Part shown: in pieces, positions 61,769 to 64,000 of the stretch | Numbering within the stretch: the stretch's first letter is position 1 | Layout of the letters: each line of letters opens with the position of its first letter | Assembly: GCA_012295275.1 (NCBI GenBank) | Contig: CM022667.1 | Coordinates: 9,486,001 to 9,550,000, forward strand | Direction: 5' to 3' | DNA: 64,000 nt | DNA from: Chrysomallon squamiferum | Taxonomy: Eukaryota; Animalia; Mollusca | Program-made: the position numbers and the translations under genes | The notes under the pieces: generated by a model | The model's input: only the letters and a program-made list of their open reading frames with translations | The model's database searches: none | Told to the model about the DNA's origin: nothing

Positions 61769-64000
61769 TGCTTGTGTGTTTGTGTGTGTCTGCATGTGTG
61801 TTTATGTTTTCAATTACATTCTTATTGCTATCTTGTTTGTATACTATGTTCACATTGTGTTTTATAACAGCATATGTTCTTTATATCTGTGTTTGTATCT
61901 GTGTGTGTGAATATAAATAAAAACAAGTAATTATGAATACCAAAATGGCTAGAAATACTGAAACTGTAATTATCTATTTTATTTATATTAGTCTTGAAGT
62001 GAAACAGGTAAAAGTTTACATTGTAATTTATATTTCAGATCATTATGGTTATAATTTTGCTAAATGAAAGGTACTTCCAGTTCATCATTTCAGCAAAAGT
62101 TGTTTTCAGCAGATTTAGCAAAAAAAAAAAAAAAAAATTCAAAAAAAAAAAAAAAAAATTCTAAAAATTTTTAAAAATAAAAATAACAACATGCCACAAA
62201 AATATTAATTATTATTTTAACAATAATGACAACATTTTATTTTTCTAATTTAACACTGAAAATCAACATTAATTTTTAACTCTTCTAAACATCAAAAATT
62301 TAACATCTCTGCTTCTAACAAATTCTAAGTTTAAAAAAAATAAAAATAAAAATAAAATAAAATAATAAGTTTGCTGCTCTCAGAAAAGCATGGAAAAAGC
62401 AAAAATCAGTCAGCTTCACTGGTATAAAAATAGTAACAGTTCAAAGTATTCAGCAGTTTTTCCTATTCCAACTAGTCTACTGATCAAACAAAAGTAACCA
62501 ATGTTTTCTGTATAATTCTTTGAATTATATAAAATAAATAAATTAAAAAATTAAAATATGTTGGGTTTTGTATTATTTACTGAATTCAGAAATTATATAA
62601 AATATCAAAATTAAATTAAAGACAGTTTACAGAATAATCTTTTCTGAGGACAGCAACCAAAGAAAACAACAGACATTAACAGCAGAATTAAAAGTTTCTG
62701 TTTGTTAAATTTTAAGACACCTCTGTTTGAAATCTAGATTTTTAATTTATATTAAAAGACACCAAAAGCGCTTACCAGATCCTGTTACAACAATGTAAAC
62801 ATGCATGTTAAGTTTGACAGCCAACGCAGCAACCAATGTATGAAAAGAAAGACATGAATATTCATTATTTACAATATCAATATTCATCACCTTTTTTTTA
62901 ATAAACATGTAATATTATTAAGGTATTTTATATTTTAAATTTCTGATTGATAAGTGCTTTAATTCACTTACAGTAACATTATTTACATATCAGCACATAT
63001 TTATTATTTAATATTAAAATTAATTATTAAGTTCTTAAAATAAATGAATATTAATTGCTTTCTTACAATATTTATCACTAAGGACGATATAATTATGTAA
63101 AAGAATAAAAATATCCATTATTTATATAAAAAAACTTTAATCATCATTTGTAACTTATATTAAATAGATGTTTTATGAACATACATAATGAAAAAATCTC
63201 AGTTACTATTATTTTAACCAGTATCTATATAATTATTTAGAAAACAAATATATAACTTTAATCAGTATTAATATTTTTCAACAGCCAAAAATAATGGAAC
63301 ACATTTATATAACATAAAATCATCTATCTCAGTGAAAAATATCATTTTAAATATTTTCTACTAAATTAAATTAATAATTTAATTACATATAAATATCTAT
63401 AAACACACACAAACACACACACACACATGATATTAATTTAATTTTTCACTATTTCTCAAGGTAATATTTACACAATTACTAAATATACATAAGTAAATGT
63501 GGTAACTAAAATCATTAGTACAAAAATAATTTAATTATATCAAAACAGAAACCATCCCCCACAAAAAATGTTAAATTTAATTGCAGCAAAATAGAACACA
63601 CCCACACCAAAAAATTTTAAATTTTAAAAATGTAAAAAAATAAAAAATTCAACACAAAATAAAATAAAATCTCCATTGAAAACAGACCTTCTGTTTGAGT
63701 TCGCTCGCTTGTGTTTCAAACAAGTGTTCCAGCTTCTCCACATCCAACTTCACTGGCACCAGCTGTTTCCAGATTGTCTCCCCTTTTGTCACAGCCGGCA
63801 TGGTCACCTGTAGAGGGCGCCAGTGCAACCTGACAGTCTTTTTAGTTTTAGGCAGATTTGACCCCAGAGGCGGAGGCAGGTTAGTGTCCTCAGCAAAAGA
63901 CCCGGGTGGGGGTGGCGGAGGAGGCATGTCCCCTGGGGGAGGGGGAGCCACGGGTATACCGAACAGTGGAGGTGGGGGAGGTGGGAATCCTCCTAGCGAA
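51740..64000 (-). CDS. FHOD3: FH1/FH2 domain-containing formin, FHOD1/3 (Fhos) family; 5'-truncated by the window edge
   Basis: Exons (minus) >64000-63688 (FH1 polyproline, LHW, LEHLFE), 60736-60581 ([20 protein letters not shown]), 60104-59922, 59572-59453 (IGNFLNG), 59021-58860 ([12 protein letters not shown]), 58437-58319, 57938-57864, 57373-57181 ([11 protein letters not shown]), 56697-56574, 56000-55839 (DAD: [10 protein letters not shown]...PRERKRAR...RKS), 51813-51740 (LRRTLKGGL...GDHV*). Phases are consistent. Probably the invertebrate co-orthologue of FHOD1/FHOD3. Confidence 0.95.
60860..61080. repeat. Degenerate minisatellite of about 39 bp in a FHOD intron
   Basis: Units like TTTTGAAGATATGGGAACAAAGTGTGAAGGGTAAAGATC; GGTAAA(C/G/T)AT-type anchors at about 60890, 60930, 60969 and 61026. 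Confidence 0.7.
62776..62781 (-). other. Candidate 6-nt microexon (GATCTG, Asp-Leu) in FHOD
   Basis: Minus strand ...CTTAACATGCATGTTTACATTGTTGTAACAG|GATCTG|GTAAGC inside a phase-0 intron. Confidence 0.55.

Overview
AT-rich, microsatellite-dense, intron-containing animal DNA, probably a lophotrochozoan such as a mollusc (inference from gene content and repeat style, not proven). Most ORF-track entries are microsatellite artefacts. Manual splicing recovers six protein-coding genes. (1) A 12-exon, 515-aa gene (7657-14562, +) encodes two PBZ poly(ADP-ribose)-binding zinc fingers, a SWIM zinc finger and a minimal ATP-dependent DNA ligase of the bacterial LigE/viral/kinetoplast-like type; it is not LIG1, LIG3 or LIG4. 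(2) RABIF/MSS4 (-) lies head-to-head with (3) PSME3IP1/FAM192A (+), which has a U12-type intron with apparently non-canonical AT-AA ends. (4) An intronless 627-aa orphan (-) looks like a secreted coiled-coil protein with a 7-residue N-glycosylation repeat. (5) ADAT1 (+). (6) The 3' half of a FHOD formin (-), with a candidate 6-nt microexon and a candidate alternative last exon. Also present are a hAT-type MITE with an 8-bp TSD, a decayed Tigger/pogo transposon, minisatellites and a visible gene-body methylation (CpG decay) footprint. The most notable item is the PBZ-PBZ-SWIM-minimal ligase, a candidate fourth, directly PAR-recruited animal DNA ligase. All coordinates were read by hand; no searches were run.
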